NCBI GenBank assembly: GCA_040905325.1 | Contig: JBBDRS010000038.1 | Coordinates: 68,801 to 132,800 of the forward strand | Length of the DNA stretch: 64,000 bases | Source of the DNA: Gemmatimonadota bacterium | GTDB lineage: Bacteria > Gemmatimonadota > Gemmatimonadetes > Longimicrobiales > Gaopeijiaceae | Direction: 5' to 3' | Shown: positions 7,504 through 16,461 of the stretch, in pieces | Layout of the letters: each line of letters starts with the position of its first letter | Position numbering within the stretch: position 1 is the first letter of the stretch | Position numbers and translations under genes: made by a program | The notes under the pieces: generated by a model | Told to the model about the DNA's origin: nothing | What the model saw: the letters and a program-made list of their open reading frames with translations, nothing else | Database searches by the model: none

Positions 7504-8334
7504 ATGCACACCGACACGGCGGGCTACGGAGCCCGGATCGCCCGAGCGCTCGAACGGGGTCCGCGGCCGATGAGCGCCCGAGAGCTCGCCCGCAGGGTGG
7601 GGGAGCTCTACCCGGATCTCAGGGGCACGAGCTACGGCGGGATTCGCCAGTACGCAGAGGGGAATATCCAGAGACCGCGCGTTGATCTCCTGCGGGCAAT
7701 CGCGGACGTGCTCGGCGTGCGCGCCGAGTGGTTGGCGTTCGACGAGGACGAGATGACCGAGGACCTGCAGCGCGCACGGGAGGCGCGCGAGGCGGGCGAG
7801 GAGCCGGATCCCGGTGCAACCTGGGGCGCTGAGGACTTCCTGCGCGTGGTCGGCGGGGAGCTCGGGGACGGCCGCCTCCTCGTTGACCACCCAGCCGAAC
7901 CCTTCCTCCTGGAGGGGTGGGCGCGCCTCCTGGATGCCGGGATCTCACCCGCGCATTCAGAGGAGGCCACCCCGGAGACCACAAGGGAGGAGGGCCTACA
8001 GGGGATCGGCCGGGCGGCACTTGGCCAGCCTCGCCCGATCGAGTTCGACCCCATCGTGATTCCACCGGATGTGCCGAGGGATTCTCGGCACCATTACGCG
8101 ATCGCCGTGCATGTCGGACAGATGCTACGCGTGGGGTTGGCCGGGATCTTCCCCTACGCGCGAGACCTCGGCGAGGCGGAGTTGACCGACTACGTGGCGT
8201 CGACGCTCCAGGCCCTCCACCGCGTTGCTGACGCCGCGCGTCGCCGAGCACCAGAGTTCGAGTTCCCCACGCCCTCCCCGGACGAGCCGGCCGAGGGCGA
8301 TTCCCCTTCCACGGAGCACGATCATGGCACGTAA
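7504..8334 (+). CDS. XRE-family HTH transcriptional regulator (repressor-like) with uncharacterised C-terminal domain
   Basis: N-terminal YGARIARALERGPRPMSARELARRVG...GIRQYAEGNIQRPRVDLLRAIADVLGV matches the HTH_3/Cro-CI pattern. About 190 further residues have no recognisable motif. Confidence 0.7.
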   Translation: MHTDTAGYGARIARALERGPRPMSARELARRVGELYPDLRGTSYGGIRQYAEGNIQRPRVDLLRAIADVLGVRAEWLAFDEDEMTEDLQRAREAREAGEEPDPGATWGAEDFLRVVGGELGDGRLLVDHPAEPFLLEGWARLLDAGISPAHSEEATPETTREEGLQGIGRAALGQPRPIEFDPIVIPPDVPRDSRHHYAIAVHVGQMLRVGLAGIFPYARDLGEAELTDYVASTLQALHRVADAARRRAPEFEFPTPSPDEPAEGDSPSTEHDHGT

Positions 8335-9502
8335 CCACCCAGGATCTATCGACCGGCACGGCGACCGCTGGAGAATCCGCCTGTCCGTCGCCGGCCAGCG
8401 CCACACCTTCTACATGGAGGGGGACACCGACAAGCACGATGTGCAACAGTATGCCCGCGAGAAGGACACGGAGCTCCGTGGTCGGGCCGGTCGAGGTCTG
8501 CCCAACACCCGGTCGGCCTTCTCCGAACTCCTGCAACGCTACAAGGCCGCTGGGGTGCCCGGAGCCAAGAAGAAGGGCAACATCGCCAAGCGGACCCGGA
8601 GGAGCTACTCCACGTCCCTGAAGGCGTTCGAAGCCTTCTTCGTGCGAGAGAGCGGGGACCCCCAGGTGCGCGAGGTGAACGAAGGACACGTGAACCTCTT
8701 CCTCGACTGGCGCGAGCACCGTTCACCCACGGGGCAGCGGCGGAAGAAGGCGCTATCTGCCCGATCCATCCAGAAGGAGCGGGTCGCCCTCCATGTCCTC
8801 TTCGAGTATGCCCGCCGGATCGGGCTCGTGGACACAAACCCCGTGACCGACAAAACGAAGGCCCCGGAGGGGGACCAGCGGGAGCCGGTGATCCTGACCA
8901 CGGATCAGTACGAAGCACTACTCCGGGCGTGCGAGGGGCGGGACATGCTCCGGCTCTACACCCTCGTGCTGGGGGAAACGGGCGTCCGGTGCGACTCGGA
9001 AGCCCTCTGGCTCCGGTGGTCCGACGTGGACCTCGAGCGCGGCTTCTTGACCATTGAGAGCGCCAGGTCAAAGGGGCAGCGCACCAAGAGCGGGAAGAGC
9101 CGGAAGGTCCCCATGACGCGCCGTCTGCGGGAGGCGATCCGGGAGCACATGGCGACGTACCGTTTCAGGACGTACCGAGACGAGCGCACCCGGTGGGTGT
9201 TCCACCACGAACTCGACCGACGCCACGCGAAGGCGGGGGCACGGCTTGGGAGTCTCAGGCGGGCGTTCTACGCGGCGGCGAAGCGGGCAGGGCTCCCCGC
9301 CGATCTACGCCAGCACGATCTCCGGCACCGGCGGGTCACCGAATGGCTCCGCGACGGGCACCCCGCCCACAAGGTCCGGAAGGCGATGGGCCACTCGGAT
9401 CTGCGGACCACCCTGGCCTACGAGCACATGGTGGAGGACGATCTCTTGTCCTTGGTCCAGGAATCCACCGAGGACGAACGTCGGGCGATTGCCCGAGGGT
9501 AG
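8324..9502 (+). CDS. tyrosine-type site-specific recombinase (phage integrase family)
   Basis: SAM-like N-terminal domain, then catalytic residues in ...GVRCDSEAL..., HDLRHRRVTEWL, and GHSDLRTTLAYEH (R..HxxR..Y). ATG 8324 (MARNHPGSIDRHGDRWRIR) overlaps the XRE stop by 11 nt. Confidence 0.9.
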   Translation: MARNHPGSIDRHGDRWRIRLSVAGQRHTFYMEGDTDKHDVQQYAREKDTELRGRAGRGLPNTRSAFSELLQRYKAAGVPGAKKKGNIAKRTRRSYSTSLKAFEAFFVRESGDPQVREVNEGHVNLFLDWREHRSPTGQRRKKALSARSIQKERVALHVLFEYARRIGLVDTNPVTDKTKAPEGDQREPVILTTDQYEALLRACEGRDMLRLYTLVLGETGVRCDSEALWLRWSDVDLERGFLTIESARSKGQRTKSGKSRKVPMTRRLREAIREHMATYRFRTYRDERTRWVFHHELDRRHAKAGARLGSLRRAFYAAAKRAGLPADLRQHDLRHRRVTEWLRDGHPAHKVRKAMGHSDLRTTLAYEHMVEDDLLSLVQESTEDERRAIARG

Positions 9503-9522
9503 GCCACGGCCAACACAGAAGA

Positions 9523-9560
9523 AGCCCCCAGGGCGATCCTTGCCGCTCTGGGGGCTATCT
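9523..9560 (+). terminator. hairpin downstream of the integrase (weak U-tail)
   Basis: AGCCCCCA (9523-9530) pairs with TGGGGGCT (9549-9556), followed by ATCTT. Confidence 0.35.
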
Positions 9561-9610
9561 TGTGTCCACGGCGTGTCCACGAGCAGTGTGGAAAACTCCG
9601 TAAGTCCAAG

Positions 9611-9681
9611 AGGCGCCGCCCGGATTCGAACCGGGGATGAAGGATTTGCAGTCCTCTGCCTTACCACTTGGCCACGGCGCC
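9611..9681 (-). tRNA. tRNA-Cys (anticodon GCA)
   Basis: Hand-folded cloverleaf: acceptor GGCGCCG/CGGCGCC, anticodon loop CUGCAAA, T-arm CCCGG-TTCGAAT-CCGGG, discriminator U. CCA is not encoded. Confidence 0.9.
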
Positions 9682-9739
9682 GAAATACGATGGGGAGGCC
9701 CCGCGCGGGGTCCGCGACGAGCCTCCCCTTCGATGGAAG

Positions 9740-9812
<73 letters not shown>

Positions 9813-10082
9813 AACTTCGGACGCCCTACTTCCGTTGGGTCATCCGACAGAGCAACCTACCCGTGAACACGACTGGTGTCAACGGCTTGAGGGGCCGTCC
9901 AGCCGGTCCGTGCGGAGGCTGTCCGTGTCCCGGGCCCGCCTCGGCCCTGCGGTGAGAGTGCTCCCGATGCCCTACCGCGTCGACCAGGGGGCCACGATGT
10001 CGGAAGGCAGACATGGACCCACCTCCCGAAGGGTGTGTATCTTGCGCCGGCCATCCTGAGCGCTCCCTCCAACGCCCCCCCA

Positions 10083-11717
10083 ATGCCTACCCGCTGCCCA
10101 TCACACCTTTGCGCTGCTCTTGCCTCGGTCCTGATCCTGGGTACGAGCCCCTGGGGAGCGCCCCCCCCGCTTGCTGGTCAGGACGCCGGTGCCGGAGAGG
10201 CCGCGGCGATCAACTCCTGGACCGCGGACCCCCTGGTTCCACGGGGGCGGATCTTCTTCGGAATCTCACCGTATAGCACCAGCATTTCCGGCCTGCATGG
10301 GGACGAGGGAGACGGCTCGCTGGCCGCAGGATTCTTCCTCTCCGAGTTCGGCCCCACTCAGGCTCCGGAACTCGCCGACGCGGCCCAGCGCCTGAGCGCC
10401 CTCATGGGGGAGGACCCGCCCGCGTGGTCCCTCCGTCTCGGCTCCGTTGGGGGGCATGTGCACGCGGAGGAGCAGGTGCTTCCGGTGCACGTCGGATATG
10501 GGCTCCATGACCGCTTGACCGTGGGCGTGACCCTCCCCTTTGTGCGACGGAGGGTGGATTCCCGGGTCACGCTCGCCGGGACGGGCGCAACGGTGGGTGA
10601 GAACCCACTCTCCGGCGATCCGGCCGCCGTCTCCGACTTCTTTGCCGGGGCCGAGGAGGCGCTCACCGGCCTTCAGGAGTTCCTGGACACCGAGTGCAAC
10701 GGCGAGGGGGAGGAGGGGGACGGGGACGGCTCGACCGGGGGTCTCGTGAGCTGCGAGGAGGGCGAGGACCTCCTCGTCCGGGCAGGCGCCTTCCTCTCCG
10801 AGCTCGAGACTGCCTATCAGGAGGAGACGGTCTTCCCACTGCGGGGCTCGATCGGGGCGATGGCGATCCAGGGACGATGGGACGACGTGCGCCCCGCCCT
10901 CGAGGAACTGGGCCTGGTACCTCCCGAAACGGTCCCCGTTGCGAACCTCCCGCTCTCGGACGCCACCTTCGCCGAACGCTTCGTGGACCCGATCTGGGGG
11001 ACCGACGGATTCCCCAGGGCCAGCCCCGAGGCCTTTCTGGAGATGGGCGACGTAGAGCTGCACCTGGTGCTGGGCTTGCTGCAGCCTGGGCCCGGCTCGG
11101 GCTCATCCGACGATGCCATACGGGTCCGGTCCACGCTGGTCGCGTCCCTCCGCCTGCCCACCGGAACTGCGGATTCGCTTCAAGCGGTGGCACCATTCGC
11201 TACGCCGCGGGGGGTTGGTGGAGCCGGAGCCAAGCTGGTCACGGACGTGCTCCTGCCTGGCAGGTTCGGCGCGCTCGCGGTCGTGGAGGGGTGGTGGCAC
11301 GGGGAGGCGGAAACCTCCCTCGTCGCTCCCGATCCCGCCAATCTGCTTGGAGTGGGGGCCCTGGCCCGCACCCCCGCCACATGGAGACCCGGCGCGACCC
11401 TTCGCCTCCTTGCCATTCCCCGCTTTCATGTGGTGGCCCCGATCTCCCTGGGCGCCGGCTACGAACTCGATCACCGCAGGCCGCACTCGTATACTCTTCC
11501 CGACCTGCCGGGGACGGTGCCTCCAGGCGCACGCGGGAATTCCACCGTTCACCGGATGCACGCCGAGGTCCGGTTCCACGGGACGGAAGGCGCCGAAGCC
11601 ATGGGGCTTCCCTTCCCATTCGAAGGCGTCGTCACCTACTCCAGGAGCCTGTGGGGGAGTGGCCCATTCGCCCCGACCGACCGCACCGTTCGCGTCGTGA
11701 TCCGGGTTCTGCGGTAG
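10083..11717 (+). CDS. hypothetical secreted / outer-membrane protein
   Basis: Signal-like start MPTRCPSHLCAALASVLILGTSPWGAPPPLAGQ, an acidic low-complexity insert, and alternating beta-strand-like C-terminal segments. No family recognised. The start is taken at ATG 10083 rather than 10035. Confidence 0.55.
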   Translation: MPTRCPSHLCAALASVLILGTSPWGAPPPLAGQDAGAGEAAAINSWTADPLVPRGRIFFGISPYSTSISGLHGDEGDGSLAAGFFLSEFGPTQAPELADAAQRLSALMGEDPPAWSLRLGSVGGHVHAEEQVLPVHVGYGLHDRLTVGVTLPFVRRRVDSRVTLAGTGATVGENPLSGDPAAVSDFFAGAEEALTGLQEFLDTECNGEGEEGDGDGSTGGLVSCEEGEDLLVRAGAFLSELETAYQEETVFPLRGSIGAMAIQGRWDDVRPALEELGLVPPETVPVANLPLSDATFAERFVDPIWGTDGFPRASPEAFLEMGDVELHLVLGLLQPGPGSGSSDDAIRVRSTLVASLRLPTGTADSLQAVAPFATPRGVGGAGAKLVTDVLLPGRFGALAVVEGWWHGEAETSLVAPDPANLLGVGALARTPATWRPGATLRLLAIPRFHVVAPISLGAGYELDHRRPHSYTLPDLPGTVPPGARGNSTVHRMHAEVRFHGTEGAEAMGLPFPFEGVVTYSRSLWGSGPFAPTDRTVRVVIRVLR

Positions 11718-11739
11718 CCACGCTCACTCCGCCCGACGG

Positions 11740-13401
11740 TCAACGCACGCCGAGAAGCTCCTTCGCGTGTTCGCGGGAAGCGCTGGACTCCGGATCACCA
11801 CCCAGCATCCTCGCGATCTCGCGCACCCGCTCCTCTCCAGAGAGGGGACTCACATCGGCCGCGGCGACCCCGTCTCTCGTGGCCTTCACCACTCTCAGGT
11901 GCCGGGCCCCGAGCGAGGCGACCTGTGCCAGGTGGGTGATCACCAGAACCTGGTGCGTCCTCGCCACCTCGCCCAGCTTCGCGGCCACTGCATTCGCCAC
12001 CTGGCCCCCGATTCCGGCGTCGATCTCGTCGAAGACCAGGGTGGGAACCCGGTCCGCACGGCTCAGAATGGACTTCAGGGCGAGCATCACCCGCGAGAGC
12101 TCCCCCCCGGATGCGATTCGAGACAGGGGGCGCGGCGGAAATCCGGGATTGAGGGAGGCGAGAAAGGTGACACGCTCGGCTCCATGCCGACCGGGCTCTT
12201 CGAGTGCCTCGATCGCCACCTCCATCACCGCCCCCTCGAACCCCAGCGCGGGGAGCACGCCTTCTACCTCCCGAGCCAGGGCACGCGCAGACGTTCTCCG
12301 CTTCTCCGAGAGACGGTCCGCGGCGTCGGTCAACTCCTGGCGTGCGACGTGAATCCTGCGCTCCAGCTCGTCGAGGGAGAGGGTTCCGCCGTCCAGCTCG
12401 TCCAACTCCCGCCGGAACCGATCCCGCGTTTCAAGTACGTCCGTGAGATCAGGTCCATACTTTCGCTTGAGGCGTGACAGGGCGTGGAGACGACTCCGCA
12501 ACCCCTCCGCGCGCCGGGGGTCCACTTCGACCCCTGAGGCGTAGCTCCCCAGGGTCCTGCCTGCCTCCGTAATCTGGTGGTAGGCGCCGTCCAGCTCCGA
12601 CGCGAGCCCCGCCAGGGACGGGTCCACCTCTGCAAGCCTCCGGAGAAGTGCCCGGGCGGCGGCCACCTGCTCGGAAGCCGATCCCTCGTCGCCGTAGAGC
12701 AGGCCGTGCGCCTGCGTCGCCTTGGTGGCGAGTTCCTCGGCGTGGTCCAGCCGGGAGAGCTCCCGCTCCGCCTCCTCGTCCTCGCCCTGGCGCGGAGTGG
12801 CCTCCGAAATTTCGCTCAGCTGGAAGCGCAGGAAATCGGCACGGCTCTCGAGCTCTCGGTGCCTCTCCGCCCGCTGCGCCCGTTCCTCCTGCAGCGCGAC
12901 CAGGATCCCATGTCGGTCGGCGACTTCCGCCGCCAACTCCCCCGCTTCGGCAAACCGATCCAGGATTGCGCGCTGCTCCTCGGGGTGCAGGAGGGTCTGG
13001 TGCTCATGCTGCCCGTGCATGTCCACGAGCGCTCGCCCGAAGGCGCCCACGGCGGCCGCGGTGGCCGGGGATCCGTTGATCCAGGCGCGGTTGCGACCCT
13101 CCGCATGAACTTCCCTCCGAAGGATCAGAAGCTCTCCCTCCCGGGGAAACCCGAATTCCTCGAGGCGCGTCAGGAGCTCCGGGTGGGCGGCGAGTTCGAA
13201 GACCCCCTCGATGATGGCCCGATCCGCGCCCGCCCGCACTGTTTCCGAGAGCGCACGTTCCCCGAGGAGGAGGGAGAGCGCGCCGATGAGGATCGACTTC
13301 CCTGCCCCGGTCTCGCCGGAGAGCACATTCAGCCCGGGACCCAGCTCCATCGAGAGGTCCCGAATGACGGCGAAATCCCGAATTCGGAGTTCCAAGAGCA
13401 T
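11740..13401 (-). CDS. recN: DNA repair protein RecN
   Basis: MLLELRIRDFAVIRDL...LNVLSGETGAGKS (Walker A), a long coiled-coil middle, and C-terminal SGGELSRVMLALK...LVFDEIDAGIGG. The conserved N-terminus begins at ATG 13401; the ORF track extends to 13500. Confidence 0.9.
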   Translation of the reverse strand: MLLELRIRDFAVIRDLSMELGPGLNVLSGETGAGKSILIGALSLLLGERALSETVRAGADRAIIEGVFELAAHPELLTRLEEFGFPREGELLILRREVHAEGRNRAWINGSPATAAAVGAFGRALVDMHGQHEHQTLLHPEEQRAILDRFAEAGELAAEVADRHGILVALQEERAQRAERHRELESRADFLRFQLSEISEATPRQGEDEEAERELSRLDHAEELATKATQAHGLLYGDEGSASEQVAAARALLRRLAEVDPSLAGLASELDGAYHQITEAGRTLGSYASGVEVDPRRAEGLRSRLHALSRLKRKYGPDLTDVLETRDRFRRELDELDGGTLSLDELERRIHVARQELTDAADRLSEKRRTSARALAREVEGVLPALGFEGAVMEVAIEALEEPGRHGAERVTFLASLNPGFPPRPLSRIASGGELSRVMLALKSILSRADRVPTLVFDEIDAGIGGQVANAVAAKLGEVARTHQVLVITHLAQVASLGARHLRVVKATRDGVAAADVSPLSGEERVREIARMLGGDPESSASREHAKELLGVR

Positions 13402-13515
13402 GGAGGAAGATATGCGAGCGGCCAGGGGTCTCTCAATGCTCCGATGGGTCAAGGGATGCCCGGGATCGCCTCGCCGCGGGTCGGATCCTGACAGGGCCAC
13501 TTCACGTGGCGGGGC

Positions 13516-14409
13516 TCAAAGGGCCCAGTTCAGCTTCCGACGGAGGGTATCGAAGAAGGTCTGTCCGGGGAAGCGGACGAGGGCGATCCCCTTTCCGCCC
13601 GGCCGCACCTCGAGCCGGTCCCCGGAATCCATGGGAATCCCCGTCTGTCCGTCGGCGGTGACCACGAGATCGTCATCGCGGTCCACGGCCCGCACGGTCA
13701 CGGTTCCGTGCGCGGGCAGCACGAGGGGACGCATGGCGAGTGTGTGGGGGGAGATGGGGGTCACGACGAGCGAGGTCATGTCCGGCGCCAGGATCGGTCC
13801 CCCGGCCGAGAGCGAGTAGGCGGTGGAGCCCGTGGGGGTGGCGACGATCACGCCGTCCCCCGAGAATCGTCCTATCTCTTCTCGCCCCCCGTCCCATCCG
13901 ACACTCAGGTCGAGGCGCACCACCCGCGCCACCCCTCCCTTGTGGAGCACCAGGTCGTTCAGGGCCCAGAGCCTGGCGCTCGTCCCGTCGTGCTCCCGGG
14001 CAATGGTCCCTTCGATGGTGGTCCGGAGGTCCAGCCAGCCCTGGCCGGAGCGGAGCATCCGGAGCCCGTGCTCCAGATCGGCGGCTCCCAGCGAGGTGAG
14101 AAACCCGAGGTGACCGAGGTTCACGCCGAGGATGGGCGTACCGCGGGCTACCGCCCGGGTCCCCCTGAGGAGGGTCCCGTCGCCTCCCAGGGTCAGGAGG
14201 AGGTCCGGCGGGACTTCTGAGTCCTCCAGGCTCCGGCGGCCGTCGAAGCCCCCCTCGCAAAAGGATTTCTCGGGGAAGACCTCGAAGCCGAGCTCATCCG
14301 AGAGCTCCAGGACTTCCCGCAGGACCGTGTTCACCCCCTTGGTCCGGGAGCGGCAGACGACCCCTACGCGTCGAAAATCCGAAGGGAGTGATGGGGGCAC
14401 CGTTTTCAT
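13516..14409 (-). CDS. nadK: NAD(+) kinase
   Basis: TLGGDGTLLRG (GGDGT motif) and ...GDGVIVATPTGSTAYSLSAGGPI..., the NAD kinase signature. Confidence 0.9.
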   Translation of the reverse strand: MKTVPPSLPSDFRRVGVVCRSRTKGVNTVLREVLELSDELGFEVFPEKSFCEGGFDGRRSLEDSEVPPDLLLTLGGDGTLLRGTRAVARGTPILGVNLGHLGFLTSLGAADLEHGLRMLRSGQGWLDLRTTIEGTIAREHDGTSARLWALNDLVLHKGGVARVVRLDLSVGWDGGREEIGRFSGDGVIVATPTGSTAYSLSAGGPILAPDMTSLVVTPISPHTLAMRPLVLPAHGTVTVRAVDRDDDLVVTADGQTGIPMDSGDRLEVRPGGKGIALVRFPGQTFFDTLRRKLNWAL

Positions 14410-14420
14410 CCGGGCGGAGT

Positions 14421-16337
14421 TCAGATGGATTCGTGGACCGCAGACGCCCCGCGCCGCGCCATCCGAAGCGCGCGCTCCCGGATGCCGTCCGCGTCCAGCC
14501 CGAGCTCCCGGAGGAGCACCGCGCGGGGCCCGTGGTCGAGGAACCGGTCGGGGATCCCGTGGGTCTCCGTCACAAGGGGAGTGGGGAGCCCGGGGTCGTC
14601 CTGGATCTCACGAGAAATGAAGGCACCGAACCCATTGACCACGGCACCTTCCTCCACCGTGAGGACCGATCGGTGCTCCGCGAGGACCTCCCCCAGGACC
14701 CTCCGGTCGTAGGGCTTCAAGAATCGGCAGTTGACCACCGTGGCCTCCACCCCGTCCGCAGCCAGTGCTTCGGCCGCTTCGAGGGACTGGTGGACCATCG
14801 TCCCCACCGCCAGAATGGCCAGGTCCCCGCCTTTCCTCAGGACCTCCCAGCTCCCGTGCTCCACCGGCGGCACGTCCGCGAGTCCGGGAACCTCCCCGGG
14901 AACGGCCGCCCGGGGCCACCGAATGGAGAAGGGGCCGTCGTCGTGGGCCACCCCGAGGCGCAGGAGCGCGAGCATCTCCGAGCCGTCCTTGGGTGCCGTC
15001 ACCGTCATCCCGGGAACGGCGAGCATGTAGTTGATGTCGAAGGCACCGTGGTGGGTCGGACCGTCCTCACCGGCAATTCCCGCCCGGTCCATACAGAACA
15101 CCACCGGGAGGTCCTGCAGGGCCACGTCGTGGATGATCCCGTCATAGGCGCGCTGGAGGAAGGTGGAGTAGATGGCCACCACGGGCTTCACTCCCCGGCT
15201 GGCGAGCCCCGCCGCGAAGGTCACCGCATGTCCTTCCGCGATTCCCACGTCGAAGAACCGGTCCGGGAAAGCCGCAGCGAAGGCATCGGTGCTCGTTCCC
15301 CCGGGCATGGCGGCGGTGATGGTCACGACCCTCGAGTTCTCCCTCCCAATTTCGACGAGTCCCTGGCCGAACACCTTCTGATAGCGCGGTAGCCCACCCG
15401 CCTTCTTCTTCCCGAGACCGGAAATTTTGTCGAAGGGTGAGGCGGCGTGCCACTTCACCGGATTCTCCTCCGCCGGTCCGTACCCCTTGCCCTTCTGCGT
15501 GAGCACATGGACCAGAATCGGCCCCTTCATCTCCCGAACCCCGGAAAAGGTATCCAGGAGCGTGTCCATGTCATGCCCATCCACCGGCCCGACGTAGCGG
15601 AAGCCCATCTCCTCGAAGATGACCCCGGGCACGAGGAGGTGCTTCACCCCTTCCTCCATCTTACCGGCGACCGATTCCATGATTCCCCCGAGGGAACGGG
15701 GAGCCTTGTGGAGGAGAGACTTCACTTCCGCCCGCATCCGATTGTAGACCGGATTCGTGATCATCGTGGTGAGATAACGGTTCATGGCGCCCACGTTGGG
15801 CGCGATGGACATGTCATTGTCGTTCAGAACCACGATGAGGTCCGTCTCGGCCGCACCGGCATTGTTCAACGCTTCGTAGGCGAGGCCGCAGCTCATGGCT
15901 CCGTCACCGATGATGGCCACGACGCTCTCGTCCCGCTCCAGGAGATCGCGGGCGGTCGCCATCCCCATGGCTGCCGAGATGGAAGTGGCCGCGTGGCCCG
16001 CGCCGAAGGTATCGTACTCGGACTCCCTCCGGCTCAGGAACGGGGTCAGACCCCCGTGCTGGCGGATGGTGGGAAAGCGGTCGTTTCGCCCCGTGAGGAT
16101 CTTGTGGATGTACGCCTGGTGGCCGGTGTCCCAGACCAGGAGATCCCGCGGTGTGTCGAAGACGCGGTGAAGGGCTACCGTGAGATCCGCCACGCCCAGG
16201 GTGGCGCCGAAGTGCCCACCGAACTCGGAGACCACATCGATGTGGCGTTCCCGGAGGTCGTGGGCGAGCTGGGCGAGTTCCTTTCGGGAGAGGGCCCGCA
16301 GGTCGGCGGGCCAGTTCACGCGGTCGAGAAGAGACAC
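14421..16337 (-). CDS. dxs: 1-deoxy-D-xylulose-5-phosphate synthase
   Basis: LLDRVNWPADLRALSRKELAQLAHDLR N-terminus, GHQAYIHKILTGR, TPP-binding GDGAMSCGLAYEALNNAG, and a transketolase-like C-terminal half. GTG 16337 is preferred as the start because third-position GC drops upstream; ATG 16430 is possible. Confidence 0.9.
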   Translation of the reverse strand: MSLLDRVNWPADLRALSRKELAQLAHDLRERHIDVVSEFGGHFGATLGVADLTVALHRVFDTPRDLLVWDTGHQAYIHKILTGRNDRFPTIRQHGGLTPFLSRRESEYDTFGAGHAATSISAAMGMATARDLLERDESVVAIIGDGAMSCGLAYEALNNAGAAETDLIVVLNDNDMSIAPNVGAMNRYLTTMITNPVYNRMRAEVKSLLHKAPRSLGGIMESVAGKMEEGVKHLLVPGVIFEEMGFRYVGPVDGHDMDTLLDTFSGVREMKGPILVHVLTQKGKGYGPAEENPVKWHAASPFDKISGLGKKKAGGLPRYQKVFGQGLVEIGRENSRVVTITAAMPGGTSTDAFAAAFPDRFFDVGIAEGHAVTFAAGLASRGVKPVVAIYSTFLQRAYDGIIHDVALQDLPVVFCMDRAGIAGEDGPTHHGAFDINYMLAVPGMTVTAPKDGSEMLALLRLGVAHDDGPFSIRWPRAAVPGEVPGLADVPPVEHGSWEVLRKGGDLAILAVGTMVHQSLEAAEALAADGVEATVVNCRFLKPYDRRVLGEVLAEHRSVLTVEEGAVVNGFGAFISREIQDDPGLPTPLVTETHGIPDRFLDHGPRAVLLRELGLDADGIRERALRMARRGASAVHESI

Positions 16338-16461
16338 CTGCCTGGGCTCCCTGGGAAGAGATTCGAAACGGCTGGTCGAACGAAGACGCTCGGGTGGAGG
16401 ATCGGTCCAGAGAAAGATAGCAGGGGGCATCCCCCAACCCCAACCCACACCCCCGCCGACC

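Larger units (their letters stand above)
2444..9610. mobile_element. putative integrative, phage-satellite-like element (PICI/P4-style) adjacent to tRNA-Cys; left boundary uncertain
   Basis: Contiguous module: integrase, XRE repressor, divergent RHH, Prim-Pol, AAA_25 helicase, iterons, TerS-like, HTH_17-like. No structural phage genes. The integrase stop is 109 bp from the 3' end of tRNA-Cys. Only a weak, indel-containing tRNA-3'-like match (2444-2462) marks the left end. Confidence 0.55.
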
